Positions 30,126 through 39,454 of a DNA stretch of 64,000 bases are shown here, piece after piece. The notes below the pieces were generated by a model. The model made no database searches. It was not told the origin of the DNA and worked only from the letters and a program-made list of their open reading frames with translations. Origin of the DNA: Candidatus Binatia bacterium (lineage in GTDB: Bacteria; Desulfobacterota; Binatia; HRBIN30); assembly GCA_038245295.1 (NCBI GenBank), contig JBBRSP010000005.1:128001-192000 (forward strand). Reading direction: 5' to 3'. Every line of letters begins with the position of its first letter. The first letter of the stretch is position 1. The translations under genes and the position numbers were made by a program.

Positions 30126-30313
30126 GTAGTTGCCCATCGAAGCCCCTGAGCACGTCCGAGTGCACGGGAGGTATCGTCTATTCGGGCGATTCTCCTGCGA
30201 GCTGAAGTCGGCACGCCGACGGACAGGCCCCGAGGGCGGAGAAACGAGCTGCGTCCTCGTTCCCGAGCCGCATCCGGCGGGCAGGAGAATCGCGAGAACC
30301 GCGTCCGCGTCCC

Positions 30314-30576
30314 TAAATCGCTCCGGTCACGTTATCGCAGTCGACTGGGACGGTCGACTCAGTGACCTCTACGATTTCAGCGCCGAGGCGACCGCGCCGA
30401 TATTCTCGACGATTCCATACGCGGCAATCGTGCAGCTCGGGTTCAGCGGGGGTGCCCCCGCTGGATCGATATTTAAAGACACATTCTCCTTTTCCTTGAC
30501 CGCCCCCGACGACACCCGGCTGGAGTGTCCGGGGCTGTACCTCGGAGTCGAGCCGCCAGCGGGGGACCTCCTCTAG
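30314..30576 (+). pseudogene. start-less C-terminal gene fragment
   Basis: protein-like frame HVIAVDWDGRLSDLYDF...PPAGDLL begins just after a REP arm (30288-30313) and stops 2 nt before the next ATG. Confidence 0.4.
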
Positions 30577-30578
30577 AA

Positions 30579-31892
30579 ATGGACCGTACGCCGTTCATAG
30601 GGATTGTGGCGCATTTGGGCCTTGTGCTGCTGGCCCCACCATTATTCGCACATGCCGCTCCTGGGAGTGACGCGACTCATCGACTGCAGGGGCAATCAGT
30701 AGAGAGGTCGATGCAAGTCGTCGAGACTGAGCACTGGGAAGCGCCCACGATCCCATCGCGGTGGCATGTGGGCAAAGCTGCTGTTGAAAGTGAACGGCAA
30801 GCCGGAGAGGTCTCGCGTAAGGTGGCTGAGGCGCTGTTGGACTCAGTCGAGCGAGAGGCTTTAGTGATGCCTGAGGTTTCGGGAGAAGCGCTCCTTAGAC
30901 GAGCGAGCCGGCTACTCGACCTAGCATACTGGGTCGGCGAAACGGACGGCTACGGAAATCAGGTGCTGGCGACTAGAGCCGTGGGAATCGCAGCGACGGC
31001 TCTTGCACGTCTGGTGGCTGACACGTCGTTCGACTTAGGGCGAGTGAGGGTAGAATTGGGTCGTTGTCGACCTCCTTTCGACGCCCCCAGCCGTCGAGCC
31101 AAGGTCATGAACATCGAGTTGGGGCGAGATGCTCTACCGACGGACAGGATTTCAACCGATGCAGAGTTGCAGATGGTCTGGCGCGATCACGCTTTGGCGG
31201 CTTTGGCAGCGTACAACGCGGTGAAGACGGCCCAACCAGGTCTGCCTACCGACAGAACTCTAAGGACGCAACAAAATAGGAACGACACTCCTACGAGTAC
31301 TGATCGCGTTTCTACCGCGGACTCTGTTTCCGATAGCGCTTTTCGAGGGGATGCGTTTGATTGGTGTCCTAAACCGCAAACGACACGCCGTTGCTGGGAA
31401 CACGGTAGGCATACTGAAGTTCTTGCGACGACACGCCCAGTAGGAAGAGTGATCCGTGCGGAAGCGCTGTTGTTGGTGCGAGACAAGCTCGGGGGGTTTC
31501 CTGAGGTTCGCGATACGGTCGATGACGAGGCTGTCCTTTCCGGGGCTCAGCGTGCCTTTCGAACGGCGCTGCGCCTTAACGTTGGTTTGGGTTTGTCGAG
31601 CCAGGCTTTGCTCGCGGGTGACACATACGACCAGATTCGCGCGGGTCGATACGTGGACTATGACAGCGAACTCGCGAGGCAATGGGAGCGGCGGCAGGAA
31701 GGAACAACTGGGAGTTCCCCTGGTGCATCGACAAGTCCGTTGGTCGTTCCACGGGCGGTGGACGTTCCCACTCCGACCGTACCGGAGCCGACGGCCGCTG
31801 GTAGTACTACGACAAACAACGGTGTGCTGGCGGCCTGTCTTGCGATCGCGGTGCTGCTGCTCGTCTTCGGATCGAGGAAATTCGAGTGGTGA
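30579..31892 (+). CDS. secreted hypothetical protein with C-terminal membrane anchor
   Basis: signal peptide (LLAPPLFAHA), Pro/Thr linker, C-terminal TM plus SRK; codon usage visibly less GC3-biased than the flanking housekeeping genes. Confidence 0.7.
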   Translation: MDRTPFIGIVAHLGLVLLAPPLFAHAAPGSDATHRLQGQSVERSMQVVETEHWEAPTIPSRWHVGKAAVESERQAGEVSRKVAEALLDSVEREALVMPEVSGEALLRRASRLLDLAYWVGETDGYGNQVLATRAVGIAATALARLVADTSFDLGRVRVELGRCRPPFDAPSRRAKVMNIELGRDALPTDRISTDAELQMVWRDHALAALAAYNAVKTAQPGLPTDRTLRTQQNRNDTPTSTDRVSTADSVSDSAFRGDAFDWCPKPQTTRRCWEHGRHTEVLATTRPVGRVIRAEALLLVRDKLGGFPEVRDTVDDEAVLSGAQRAFRTALRLNVGLGLSSQALLAGDTYDQIRAGRYVDYDSELARQWERRQEGTTGSSPGASTSPLVVPRAVDVPTPTVPEPTAAGSTTTNNGVLAACLAIAVLLLVFGSRKFEW

Positions 31893-32019
31893 AGCTTCCA
31901 AATTGGTCGCCGGGAGTGACTCTCCGGGACCAACAATGCCTCGGAAGTGCAAGTAATTGTCCTGGACGGAGGCAGCGAGTCAACCGGACACAACGGCCCA
32001 CGTTGGGGAAGAGGTACTC

Positions 32020-32096
32020 GAGGCGCACCATAACTGGACATCCACCCGACGCATCGACGAGGCGCACCATACTGGACATCCACCCGACGCATCGAC
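32020..32096 (+). repeat. 38/39-bp tandem duplication containing CTGGACATCCACC
   Basis: GAGGCGCACCATA(A)CTGGACATCCACCCGACGCATCGAC x2. Confidence 0.9.
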
Positions 32097-32219
32097 GCGA
32101 CGGGATCGCCACCCGGCCCAGCGTTCCACTCAGATCGGGCCTACTACACAATGGACTAATGGAAACGACGCCGTTCGTCGGTGGGGTGTCCAGGTAACCG
32201 CGGCGCGCGCAACTCGCGA

Positions 32220-32288
32220 TGCGGCTTGAAGAGCGAGTGTGTGTTCAGGCATGTACTGGCACGGCAATCGGTCGGAGGCGGCCCATGA
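32220..32288 (+). promoter_or_regulatory. conserved leader copy 1 (inverted partner at 39451-39520)
   Basis: 46/65 ungapped identity including the core TGTTCAGGCATGTA, ending in SD plus ATG. Confidence 0.55.
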
Positions 32289-32355
32289 ATAGAGATCGTG
32301 CGTCTGCATCGTCATTTGGTTGGTGTCCCCGCTCGCGTGGGGTTTAGGATACCCG

Positions 32356-34455
32356 ATGAACGGAGAAACCTTTGCGATCGCGGAACGAGACCGCAGCCCC
32401 GCCTGGTACGACGCCAGCCGCCAGGATTTTCTGGAAGATCCAAGTGAGCGTATTGCCCAAAAGCTGGCCGGACGCGCCGCCGCTGAGGCGTTTGAGACCG
32501 GACCGGACCAGTTCAAGGAGTGGAAAGAGAGCGTCGATGTCCTGAAACGGCCTTTCGACCAATCGGGTTTAGTGGACGAGGCCGAGGCGCGGCTTCGCCT
32601 GGTCCGCAATGCCGTCGCCGACATACCCGATGTGGCCGATGTCGTGCTCGAGTTCGACTTTCGTCGCCGTGGCCTACGGCTCGACTGCGTCCTGCTCGCC
32701 CAAGGGGCATTGTTCGTGGTGGAGTTTAAGCGAACGAAGATCACGGCTGCCGACCGCGATCAGGTGATGAACTATGCGATCAACCTAATCGAGTTTCATC
32801 GCGTCACACGGGAATGGGCCGACAGCGGTGCTTTGATCGTCCCCGTGCTTGTGCTGACCAAAGGGAAAGCCCGTGCGACCGAGTCTCCGGACTTCGCTTC
32901 CCCGCCATGGGCATCCATGCTGGCCAAACCCCTCGAGTGCAGTGGCGGTGACGGCCTGCGTGAGGTTCTGGTGCGTGCGCTCGAACGCCGGAACACGACG
33001 GCGAGCTGCGCCAGGACCCGATGGCTGGCCTCGCCATTTTCGCCATCGTCATCGATCGTCGACGCGGCGTTGTCGCTGTACGGTCAGCATGACGTCGCCG
33101 CCATCGAAGCCCACGCGGCTCCCAAGCAGGCTATCGACGAGAACACAGGCGAGATCGTAGATGTTGTCCGGGCGACCCTCGCCGCGAACGAACACCGAAT
33201 CATTTTCCTCTCCGGGGCACCGGGGTCCGGTAAGACGCTCGTCGGCCTCAATCTCGCGTTCAGCCAGCTGTTGAGCGCACAGACAGTATTCGTGACGGGA
33301 AATGCTCCACTGGTAGAAGTGCTACAAGCGGCGCTGCAATCGTCATATCGACTGGGCGGCAAGAGCGGCGCCACTAAGGTGATCACCGGGTACCCGAAGA
33401 AGGGCTTCAAACCCATCGTCTCGGCGAGCACGTTCAAGATCGTCAAAGCTCATCAGTTCCTGGGCAAACGCGGCCAAGCGCATGGCCAGGAGGACGGCCG
33501 CGTCGTCGTATTCGATGAAGCTCAGCGCACCTACGAGAAGGGCCGGACCGTTGTAGGGCAGAAGCTGGAAGACCACGAAGCGGATCTGATCCTAGCAGCG
33601 CAGCGCCGGCAGTTCCCGGATGGATCCGTGGTCGTCGCGCTGATTGGGCATAACCAGGCCATCAATCGCGGCGAGCTCGGCATGATCGCGTGGTTCGACG
33701 CGGCAGAGAGACAGAAATGGCTCATCTCGGTGGGGGATGAAACGTTCGCACTTCTGCCAGAGTTCGTACGCGAGCAATGGAACGATCGCCGTTCGGGCTT
33801 GCGGCACGGGCATCTCCGTCAGTCGATGCGATTCTACCGCAACGAGGCGATCGAGAGGTGGGCTGCAGCGGTCCTCGACGCTCCCGCCGGAGACGCGGCG
33901 GTTATCGCGCAAGGCCTCGACACAGCAGGGGCAACAGTTTGGCTGACGCGCGACCTGGATGCGGCGAAACGTTGGGCCAAGGCGCTGGCGGTCGGCGGCC
34001 AGCGAAGCGGCATGATCGCGTCCGGTCAGGCGCGGCGGCTTGCGGCGCATGGGTTGTTTGTGGACCTCAAGCCGGACATTGCGACGTGGATGCTCGGCGC
34101 TTCAGGCGACTACCGTTCGTCCAATGCTTTGGAGACCGTGCAAAACCAGTATCAGGTGCAGGGACTCGAGGTGGACTACACGATCGTCTGCTGGGACCTC
34201 GATCTTCGGCGAGACGGCGACAGCTGGGTTGCCCGCCGCGTGGTCGGATCCGTATGGCAACACGACAGAGCCTTGGATGTCGCAAAGAACAGCTACCGCG
34301 TGCTGCTCACGCGCGCACGCAAAGGAATGATCATCTTTGTCCCCGATGGCGACCGCACGGAATCAGACGAGACGCGCCCACCTGTGGAGTATGATCGCAT
34401 CGCCGAGTATCTCCTGGCGTGCGGCGCTCGACGATTCATAGGTTCGGATGGCTAA
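32356..34455 (+). CDS. DUF2075 (Schlafen group 3-like) helicase with N-terminal PD-(D/E)xK-like nuclease
   Basis: LEFDF..RLDCVLL..FVVEFK; GAPGSGKT; VFDEAQR; QGLEVD; YRVLLTRARKG. Confidence 0.88.
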   Translation: MNGETFAIAERDRSPAWYDASRQDFLEDPSERIAQKLAGRAAAEAFETGPDQFKEWKESVDVLKRPFDQSGLVDEAEARLRLVRNAVADIPDVADVVLEFDFRRRGLRLDCVLLAQGALFVVEFKRTKITAADRDQVMNYAINLIEFHRVTREWADSGALIVPVLVLTKGKARATESPDFASPPWASMLAKPLECSGGDGLREVLVRALERRNTTASCARTRWLASPFSPSSSIVDAALSLYGQHDVAAIEAHAAPKQAIDENTGEIVDVVRATLAANEHRIIFLSGAPGSGKTLVGLNLAFSQLLSAQTVFVTGNAPLVEVLQAALQSSYRLGGKSGATKVITGYPKKGFKPIVSASTFKIVKAHQFLGKRGQAHGQEDGRVVVFDEAQRTYEKGRTVVGQKLEDHEADLILAAQRRQFPDGSVVVALIGHNQAINRGELGMIAWFDAAERQKWLISVGDETFALLPEFVREQWNDRRSGLRHGHLRQSMRFYRNEAIERWAAAVLDAPAGDAAVIAQGLDTAGATVWLTRDLDAAKRWAKALAVGGQRSGMIASGQARRLAAHGLFVDLKPDIATWMLGASGDYRSSNALETVQNQYQVQGLEVDYTIVCWDLDLRRDGDSWVARRVVGSVWQHDRALDVAKNSYRVLLTRARKGMIIFVPDGDRTESDETRPPVEYDRIAEYLLACGARRFIGSDG

Positions 34456-34526
34456 CAAGATCACCGACGGCCGCTGGCCTCGCGCAGGTCGATTAGGGAG
34501 GAGGTTGCGGCTCTCGCCATTCTCGT

Positions 34527-34598
34527 GGACGACTTCGAGGGACGTGGTTGGGACGACTTCGAGGGACGTGGTTGGGACGACTTCGAGGGACGTGGTTG
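34527..34598 (+). repeat. 24-bp tandem repeat x3
   Basis: GGACGACTTCGAGGGACGTGGTTG x3, identical. Confidence 0.95.
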
Positions 34599-34646
34599 TG
34601 ATTCTCGCGATTGTCCGAAGAATCGCGAGAATCGCAACCGCGTCCC
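34587..34646. repeat. REP-like palindrome with 26-bp arms
   Basis: GGGACGTGGTTGTGATTCTCGCGATT / AATCGCGAGAATCGCAACCGCGTCCC (24/26); single arms also at 30288-30313 and about 34496-34521. Confidence 0.85.
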
Positions 34647-34651
34647 CTTTG

Positions 34652-34910
34652 CGAGCCTCGCACATCCTGGAGCACACCGGAATGGTTGGGCTGGAGACGG
34701 CGATCGAGGAGACGCTGCGGGCTCCCCGTCTGGTGATCCAATCGCGATCCGATCCAGCGGCGGCGCTGCATTATCGATTATGTCGGCACTCGCGTCGGTG
34801 ACAAATGGCTGAGCGTCGTGGTCAAATACGGCGTCCTCGACGCCTTCGTGTTGACGGCCTATCTTGCCGACCAGCCGAAGAAAGGCATCCGACGATGGCC
34901 CAAACCGTGA
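34652..34910 (+). pseudogene. 5'-truncated, frameshifted RelE/BECR-like toxin
   Basis: HILEH..IEETLRAP..VIQSRSDP..HYR, then a frameshift to YVGTRVGDKWLSVVVK..AFVLTAY; overlaps the DUF2283 start. Confidence 0.7.
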
Positions 34911-35113
34911 AGATCTGGTTCGACAAGGAAGGCGACTTCCTCGAGGTGCGTTTTTCCGAGAAGCCCGGCTACATGCGCGAGACGGACAACGATGCCGTGA
35001 TGGAGCGCGTCGATGAGAGTGGCGAAGTGCTGGGCTTCACGGTCATGGCGGTGAGCAAGTTCGACAAGGCACACCCGCTGACCGTTGAACTTTCGGAGGC
35101 GTTGCGACAATGA
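34895..35113 (+). CDS. DUF2283 domain protein (putative antitoxin)
   Basis: VKIWFDKEGDFLEVRF...ERVDESGEVLGF. Confidence 0.85.
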   Translation: MAQTVKIWFDKEGDFLEVRFSEKPGYMRETDNDAVMERVDESGEVLGFTVMAVSKFDKAHPLTVELSEALRQ

Positions 35114-35616
35114 GTCGCATCCTGATCATCGCCGGCCCCAACGGTGCGGGGAAGACCACCTTCGCCCGCACCTTTCTGCCCCGTGAGCACGTGCGACAGT
35201 TCATCAACGCCGACCTGTTGGCCGCCGGCCTGTCTCCTCTCGACCCCAAGGCTGCACAGCTTGCCGCCGGCCGTCTCTTCTTATCGGAAATCGATCGCCT
35301 TGCGGCTATCGGCGCAGATTTCGCCTTCGAGAGCACCCTGAGCGGTCTGGGTTACCTGCCGCGCCTCCGGCGGTGGAAGGAGAGCGGCTACCGGGTCGAG
35401 ATCGTCTACCTAAAGCTCACCGACGTGCGCCTGGCTCTGCAACGCATCGCTTCTCGCGTTCGGAGCGGCGGGCACGATGTACCGGAGGCCGACGTCCGTC
35501 GCCGTTTCATCCGCAGCTGGAACAATTTCGAAGCGCGATATAAACCCCTCGCTGATGCGACGTGGGTCTTTGATGTAAGCGGCACCATGCCAATTCTTCT
35601 CCGGACGGAACCATGA
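35110..35616 (+). CDS. AAA/zeta-toxin-like P-loop kinase
   Basis: IIAGPNGAGKTT, FINAD, FAFESTLSG and GGHDVPE motifs. Confidence 0.9.
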   Translation: MSRILIIAGPNGAGKTTFARTFLPREHVRQFINADLLAAGLSPLDPKAAQLAAGRLFLSEIDRLAAIGADFAFESTLSGLGYLPRLRRWKESGYRVEIVYLKLTDVRLALQRIASRVRSGGHDVPEADVRRRFIRSWNNFEARYKPLADATWVFDVSGTMPILLRTEP

Positions 35617-35777
35617 AAAGCACAGCCAAAACCAAACCGCCCCAACTCGATACGCGCGCAAAGAAGATTCTGAAGTCCTTACTCGACGCACGCAAAGAAG
35701 CGGTCAAGTCGGCGCGCATGCATGGCGTGCCGGTAATCTACATGCGGGCGGGCAAGATCGTACGCGAACGCCCATGA
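35613..35777 (+). CDS. 54-aa basic partner protein (putative antitoxin), absent from the ORF track
   Basis: ATGA overlap; MKSTAK...ARMHGVPVIYMRAGKIVRERP. Confidence 0.72.
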   Translation: MKSTAKTKPPQLDTRAKKILKSLLDARKEAVKSARMHGVPVIYMRAGKIVRERP

Positions 35778-35840
35778 TCCATCCTGTCTATCCTGTCCAT
35801 CCTGTTAAAGTCGTTCTTAGCGGTTGGTATTGAGGTAGTC

Positions 35841-37319
35841 GTGACCACCGATTCGATCATCTCCAAAGTCTGGGGCTTCTGCACGACGCTGCGCGACGAT
35901 GGCGTGGGCTACGGCGACTACCTGGAGCAGCTCACCTATCTGATCTTTCTCAAGATGGCCGACGAGTACGGCCGGCCGCCCTATAACCGCGCGGTCGGCA
36001 TCCCTGCCGAGTATGCGTGGCCGACCTTGAAGAGCCTCAAGGGCGCGGAGCTGGAAGTCCACTACGTCACCGTGCTGCGCGAGCTTGCCGGCAAGAGCGG
36101 CATGCTGGGGCAGATCTTCACCAAGTCGCAGAACAAGATCCAGGACCCGGCCAAGCTGGCGCGTGTCGTTGGCATGGTGGACGAGACGGAATGGATCGTC
36201 CTCGGCGCCGACACCAAGGGCGAGATCTACGAAGGGCTGCTGGAGAAGAACGCCGAGGATACCAAGTCGGGCGCCGGCCAATACTTCACGCCGCGCGCCT
36301 TGATCAAAGCCATGGTCGAGTGTGTGCGCCCGCAGCCGGACAAGACCATCGCCGACCCGGCGTGCGGCACGGGAGGATTCTTTCTCGCCGTCTACGATCA
36401 CCTGATCGCCAACCACGAGCTCAACAAGGCGCAGAAGGCGTTTCTGAAACACGAAATGTTCCACGGCAACGAGATCGTCGCCAACACGCGGCGGCTCTGC
36501 CTGATGAACATGTTCTTGCACAACATCGGCGAGATCGACGGCGAGAGCCCCATCTCGTCAAACGACGCGCTGATCGCCGACAGCGGCAAACGCTTCGACT
36601 ACGTCCTGGGCAACCCGCCCTTCGGCAAGAAGAGCAGCATGACCTTTACCAACGAGGAAGGTGAGCAGGAGAAGGACGACCTCGTCTACAACCGCCAGGA
36701 TTTCTGGGCGACCACCGCCAACAAGCAGCTCAACTTCCTACAACACATCCGCACCATGCTGAAGACGACGGGAAGCGCGGCGGTCGTCATGCCCGACAAT
36801 GTCCTGTTCGAGGGCGGTGTCGGCGAAACCGTGCGCAAGAAGCTGCTCGAGAACACCGAGCTCCACACCATCCTGCGCCTGCCGACGGGCATCTTCTACG
36901 CCAACGGCGTCAAGGCAAACGTCCTCTTCTTCGACAACAAACCGGCGGCGAAAGAGCCGTGGACGAAGGACATCTGGTACTACGACTATCGCACCAACGT
37001 GCACCACACGCTGAAGCGCAAGCCCATGCGCTTCGAAGATCTCGCCGAGTTCATCGAGTGCTACCACCCGGCCAACCGCCACGTCCGCAAAGAAACCTGG
37101 CACCCCGAGACCAACCCCGAGGGCCGCTGGCGCAAATACACCCACGCCGACATCACCGCCCGCGACAAAACCAGCCTCGACCTCTTCTGGCTGAAAGACC
37201 GGAGCCTCGCCGACCTGGACAATCTCCCGGACCCGAAAGACCTCGCCGAAGAGATCGTCGAGAACATCGAAGCCGGGCTAAACAACTTCCGCACCGTACT
37301 GGCGGCGCTGGGGAAATGA
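35841..37319 (+). CDS. hsdM: type I restriction-modification methyltransferase subunit
   Basis: YLEQLTYLIFLKM, GAGQYFTPR, DPACGTGGF, NPPF and LRLPTGIFY motifs. Confidence 0.95.
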   Translation: MTTDSIISKVWGFCTTLRDDGVGYGDYLEQLTYLIFLKMADEYGRPPYNRAVGIPAEYAWPTLKSLKGAELEVHYVTVLRELAGKSGMLGQIFTKSQNKIQDPAKLARVVGMVDETEWIVLGADTKGEIYEGLLEKNAEDTKSGAGQYFTPRALIKAMVECVRPQPDKTIADPACGTGGFFLAVYDHLIANHELNKAQKAFLKHEMFHGNEIVANTRRLCLMNMFLHNIGEIDGESPISSNDALIADSGKRFDYVLGNPPFGKKSSMTFTNEEGEQEKDDLVYNRQDFWATTANKQLNFLQHIRTMLKTTGSAAVVMPDNVLFEGGVGETVRKKLLENTELHTILRLPTGIFYANGVKANVLFFDNKPAAKEPWTKDIWYYDYRTNVHHTLKRKPMRFEDLAEFIECYHPANRHVRKETWHPETNPEGRWRKYTHADITARDKTSLDLFWLKDRSLADLDNLPDPKDLAEEIVENIEAGLNNFRTVLAALGK

Positions 37320-37409
37320 AGCGGCGCGGCGCCGAAAAGCGAGGCCGGAGGAGACTTTACAAGTTGTGACAACTCCCCGGTAGAAAAGCGCGAGCGCCCG
37401 GAGTCAGCA

Positions 37410-37574
37410 ATGTCGAAAAATCAGCGCCAAGAGTTGCCAGCAGATAAGATAGCCGAAGTTGCGGTAACAACCGTAATCGCGGTGGCCACCGGAGCCAGTG
37501 CCGGAATGGCGGCATTGGCCGGGACACCCACGGCGAACGCGGTCCCTTGGCCGTTCCGAGGTCCGTTTGCCTGA
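37410..37574 (+). CDS. short ORF or N-terminal gene remnant
   Basis: GGAG SD; 54 aa MSKNQRQELPADKIAEVAVTTVIAVATG... Confidence 0.3.
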   Translation: MSKNQRQELPADKIAEVAVTTVIAVATGASAGMAALAGTPTANAVPWPFRGPFA

Positions 37575-37746
37575 CAAACGGTAGATTTGGGGACGCGTAA
37601 CCGATTCGCGCGATTCCCCCTCCTGAACGAATCGCCTAAAACATTGGCAATCGCCGGATTGAGTATTACCGCAACACGATCGACAGCGTGGGCACCTTCG
37701 GGATATCCCGCCAACGCACCGATGAGTCTCATGAGGGGGGCCGAGA

Positions 37747-38319
37747 ATGCGCGTGCTGAGTGTGCTCGGAGTCTTGATGGTTCTGGCTGGGTGTGCGGAA
37801 ACCGTAAGAATTGGGACCAGTCCGCCGGGGGCGAAGGTCTACATCGAGGAAAAGCTGATTGGAGAATCGCCGGCCGACTTTACCGTTGAGGCTCACCACG
37901 TCGAGTCGCAGTATCACCTCCGGCTTGAGAAGGACGGCTACGGCACGGTCGATGATGTCCTCCGTTCGCACGTCGCGGTCGGCCGAATCGTGCTGGACGG
38001 CCTGCTGACCTGCGGCATCGTCTGGGCTGCCAAGGGCTGGCGTACTTTTGAGCCGGTCAACTTTGAAATGAAGCCTGTCGGAGCGGCTGCCGTTGAACCT
38101 CACGGCGCTGCCCCCCAACCGGTGGGAGCACCGCACACGGCGCCCGTCGGGCTCGAGCCCCAACCGATTGGGGCACCTCGCACCGGGTCCGCGGAAGTCG
38201 ACGCCCGTGACGTCGAGCTGGTCAACAAGCTGCGGCGCTTGCGTGACCTCTATGACCACAAGCTAATCAACAAACAGGAATACGATTCGTACAAGGCCGA
38301 CGTGATGAAGGGGCTATGA
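37747..38319 (+). CDS. PEGA-domain lipoprotein with C-terminal SHOCT
   Basis: lipobox LAGC; TSPPGAKVYIE; LRRLRDLYDHKLINKQEYDSYKA. Confidence 0.82.
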   Translation: MRVLSVLGVLMVLAGCAETVRIGTSPPGAKVYIEEKLIGESPADFTVEAHHVESQYHLRLEKDGYGTVDDVLRSHVAVGRIVLDGLLTCGIVWAAKGWRTFEPVNFEMKPVGAAAVEPHGAAPQPVGAPHTAPVGLEPQPIGAPRTGSAEVDARDVELVNKLRRLRDLYDHKLINKQEYDSYKADVMKGL

Positions 38320-38599
38320 GCACGCATTTGCCGCGCGGCCACGCCGGTGTAATCTAGGGACGCCGAGCGATTCTCCGGACAGATGCAAGGGCCGCAAACT
38401 ACGTCCTTCGAAGCCCGTCAGAGGCAAGCACCGTAGGTGATGTTGACTACTTCTCGGTCTTGAGCTGCCACTGACCGTCGCTGAACCACGCCCCGCTCGG
38501 CACGGTTCAGCACCGGACACTCTGACCCGCATCAACCTGCTGCCAGGGCTCGACGACGAGATCTTCGCGACTAACGGCCTGCGCTGTTGACGCGGTTGG

Positions 38600-39454
38600 C
38601 TATTGGCCGATGGCTTCGTCGAGAATTCGGCTACGGCGCTGCTGATATTCCTGCGACGACAGCAAACCCTCGGTCTGCAACGCGTCTAGTTTCTTGAGGC
38701 GCTCCGCTGTCGAGCCGAGAGGCAACCCGATTGGGGTTTTCACTTTGCCGTTGCCAGTCTCGTTTCCAGCGGCGCCCGTCGATGGACGTGCCGCTTTACC
38801 AGCCGCGATGATTTCGCTCGCAATGTTGGACAGGAAATCGGCCTGCAGATAGCCGACGAAGGGTTTCTGGTAGACCGAGGTACGATCGCGGTGTTCTTCG
38901 ACGTAGGTCTTTCGCAACAGCTCGGTTCCGCTGCGCGAATCTGTGACCACCACCGTTATCGTTCCTTTCACCCAGGCTTCGTTGATCTTTCCGCCGAATG
39001 TTCCGTAGAAAGGAATCCACTCACGCCCGCCGGTACCCAGCCGCTCAAAGAAGTCATAGCTGCCGCTGACGACAAACTCGGCTTGCGCCGGCATCGGCGT
39101 TACCGAGCGGGTTACGTTTGAAAATATCTGCTTCCTGCCAAGCGTTTCTTGCAGGAGGTTGGCGATCGCCACCGCGAAGTGCTTGCGGAAGCTCTCCTTC
39201 TCTTCCTCGGTGTACTGTGTGTCCACAGCGCCAACGGCAAAGTTGGCCACCTGGACGACGGCGGGCACCTCAGGGGAAGCCGTCTTGAAGGAAGCAGCTT
39301 GTTCGGCCGGCACCGGAGCACTCTGCACCGCGAAGTGCGCGCGATAGCAGCCGCTTTGAATGAGAGCGGCCAGCAGCAGTGCAGTTGACGCGGCCACCCG
39401 ACGCTGGCGTTGCGATTGAAACGGTGAGGATACAGATCCCCGGAAGTTGCTCAT
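38600..39454 (-). CDS. lipoprotein with C-terminal SHOCT
   Basis: lipobox-like QSGC; ERLKKLDALQTEGLLSSQEYQQRRSRIL. Confidence 0.8.
   Translation of the reverse strand: MSNFRGSVSSPFQSQRQRRVAASTALLLAALIQSGCYRAHFAVQSAPVPAEQAASFKTASPEVPAVVQVANFAVGAVDTQYTEEEKESFRKHFAVAIANLLQETLGRKQIFSNVTRSVTPMPAQAEFVVSGSYDFFERLGTGGREWIPFYGTFGGKINEAWVKGTITVVVTDSRSGTELLRKTYVEEHRDRTSVYQKPFVGYLQADFLSNIASEIIAAGKAARPSTGAAGNETGNGKVKTPIGLPLGSTAERLKKLDALQTEGLLSSQEYQQRRSRILDEAIGQ

Noticed and set aside
32205..32290. Sigma-54 promoter within the duplicated leader (TGGCAC/CGGCAT)
   Set aside because: The -12 GC is absent and the site is too close to the ribosome-binding site.
34527..34598. CRISPR interpretation of the 24-bp x3 repeat
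   Set aside because: Copies are head-to-tail with no spacers.
38569..38601. Possible integron attC (CTAAC...GTTGG)
   Set aside because: Too short, poor fit to RYYYAAC/GTTRRRY, no L boxes, and no other attC or integrase in the window.
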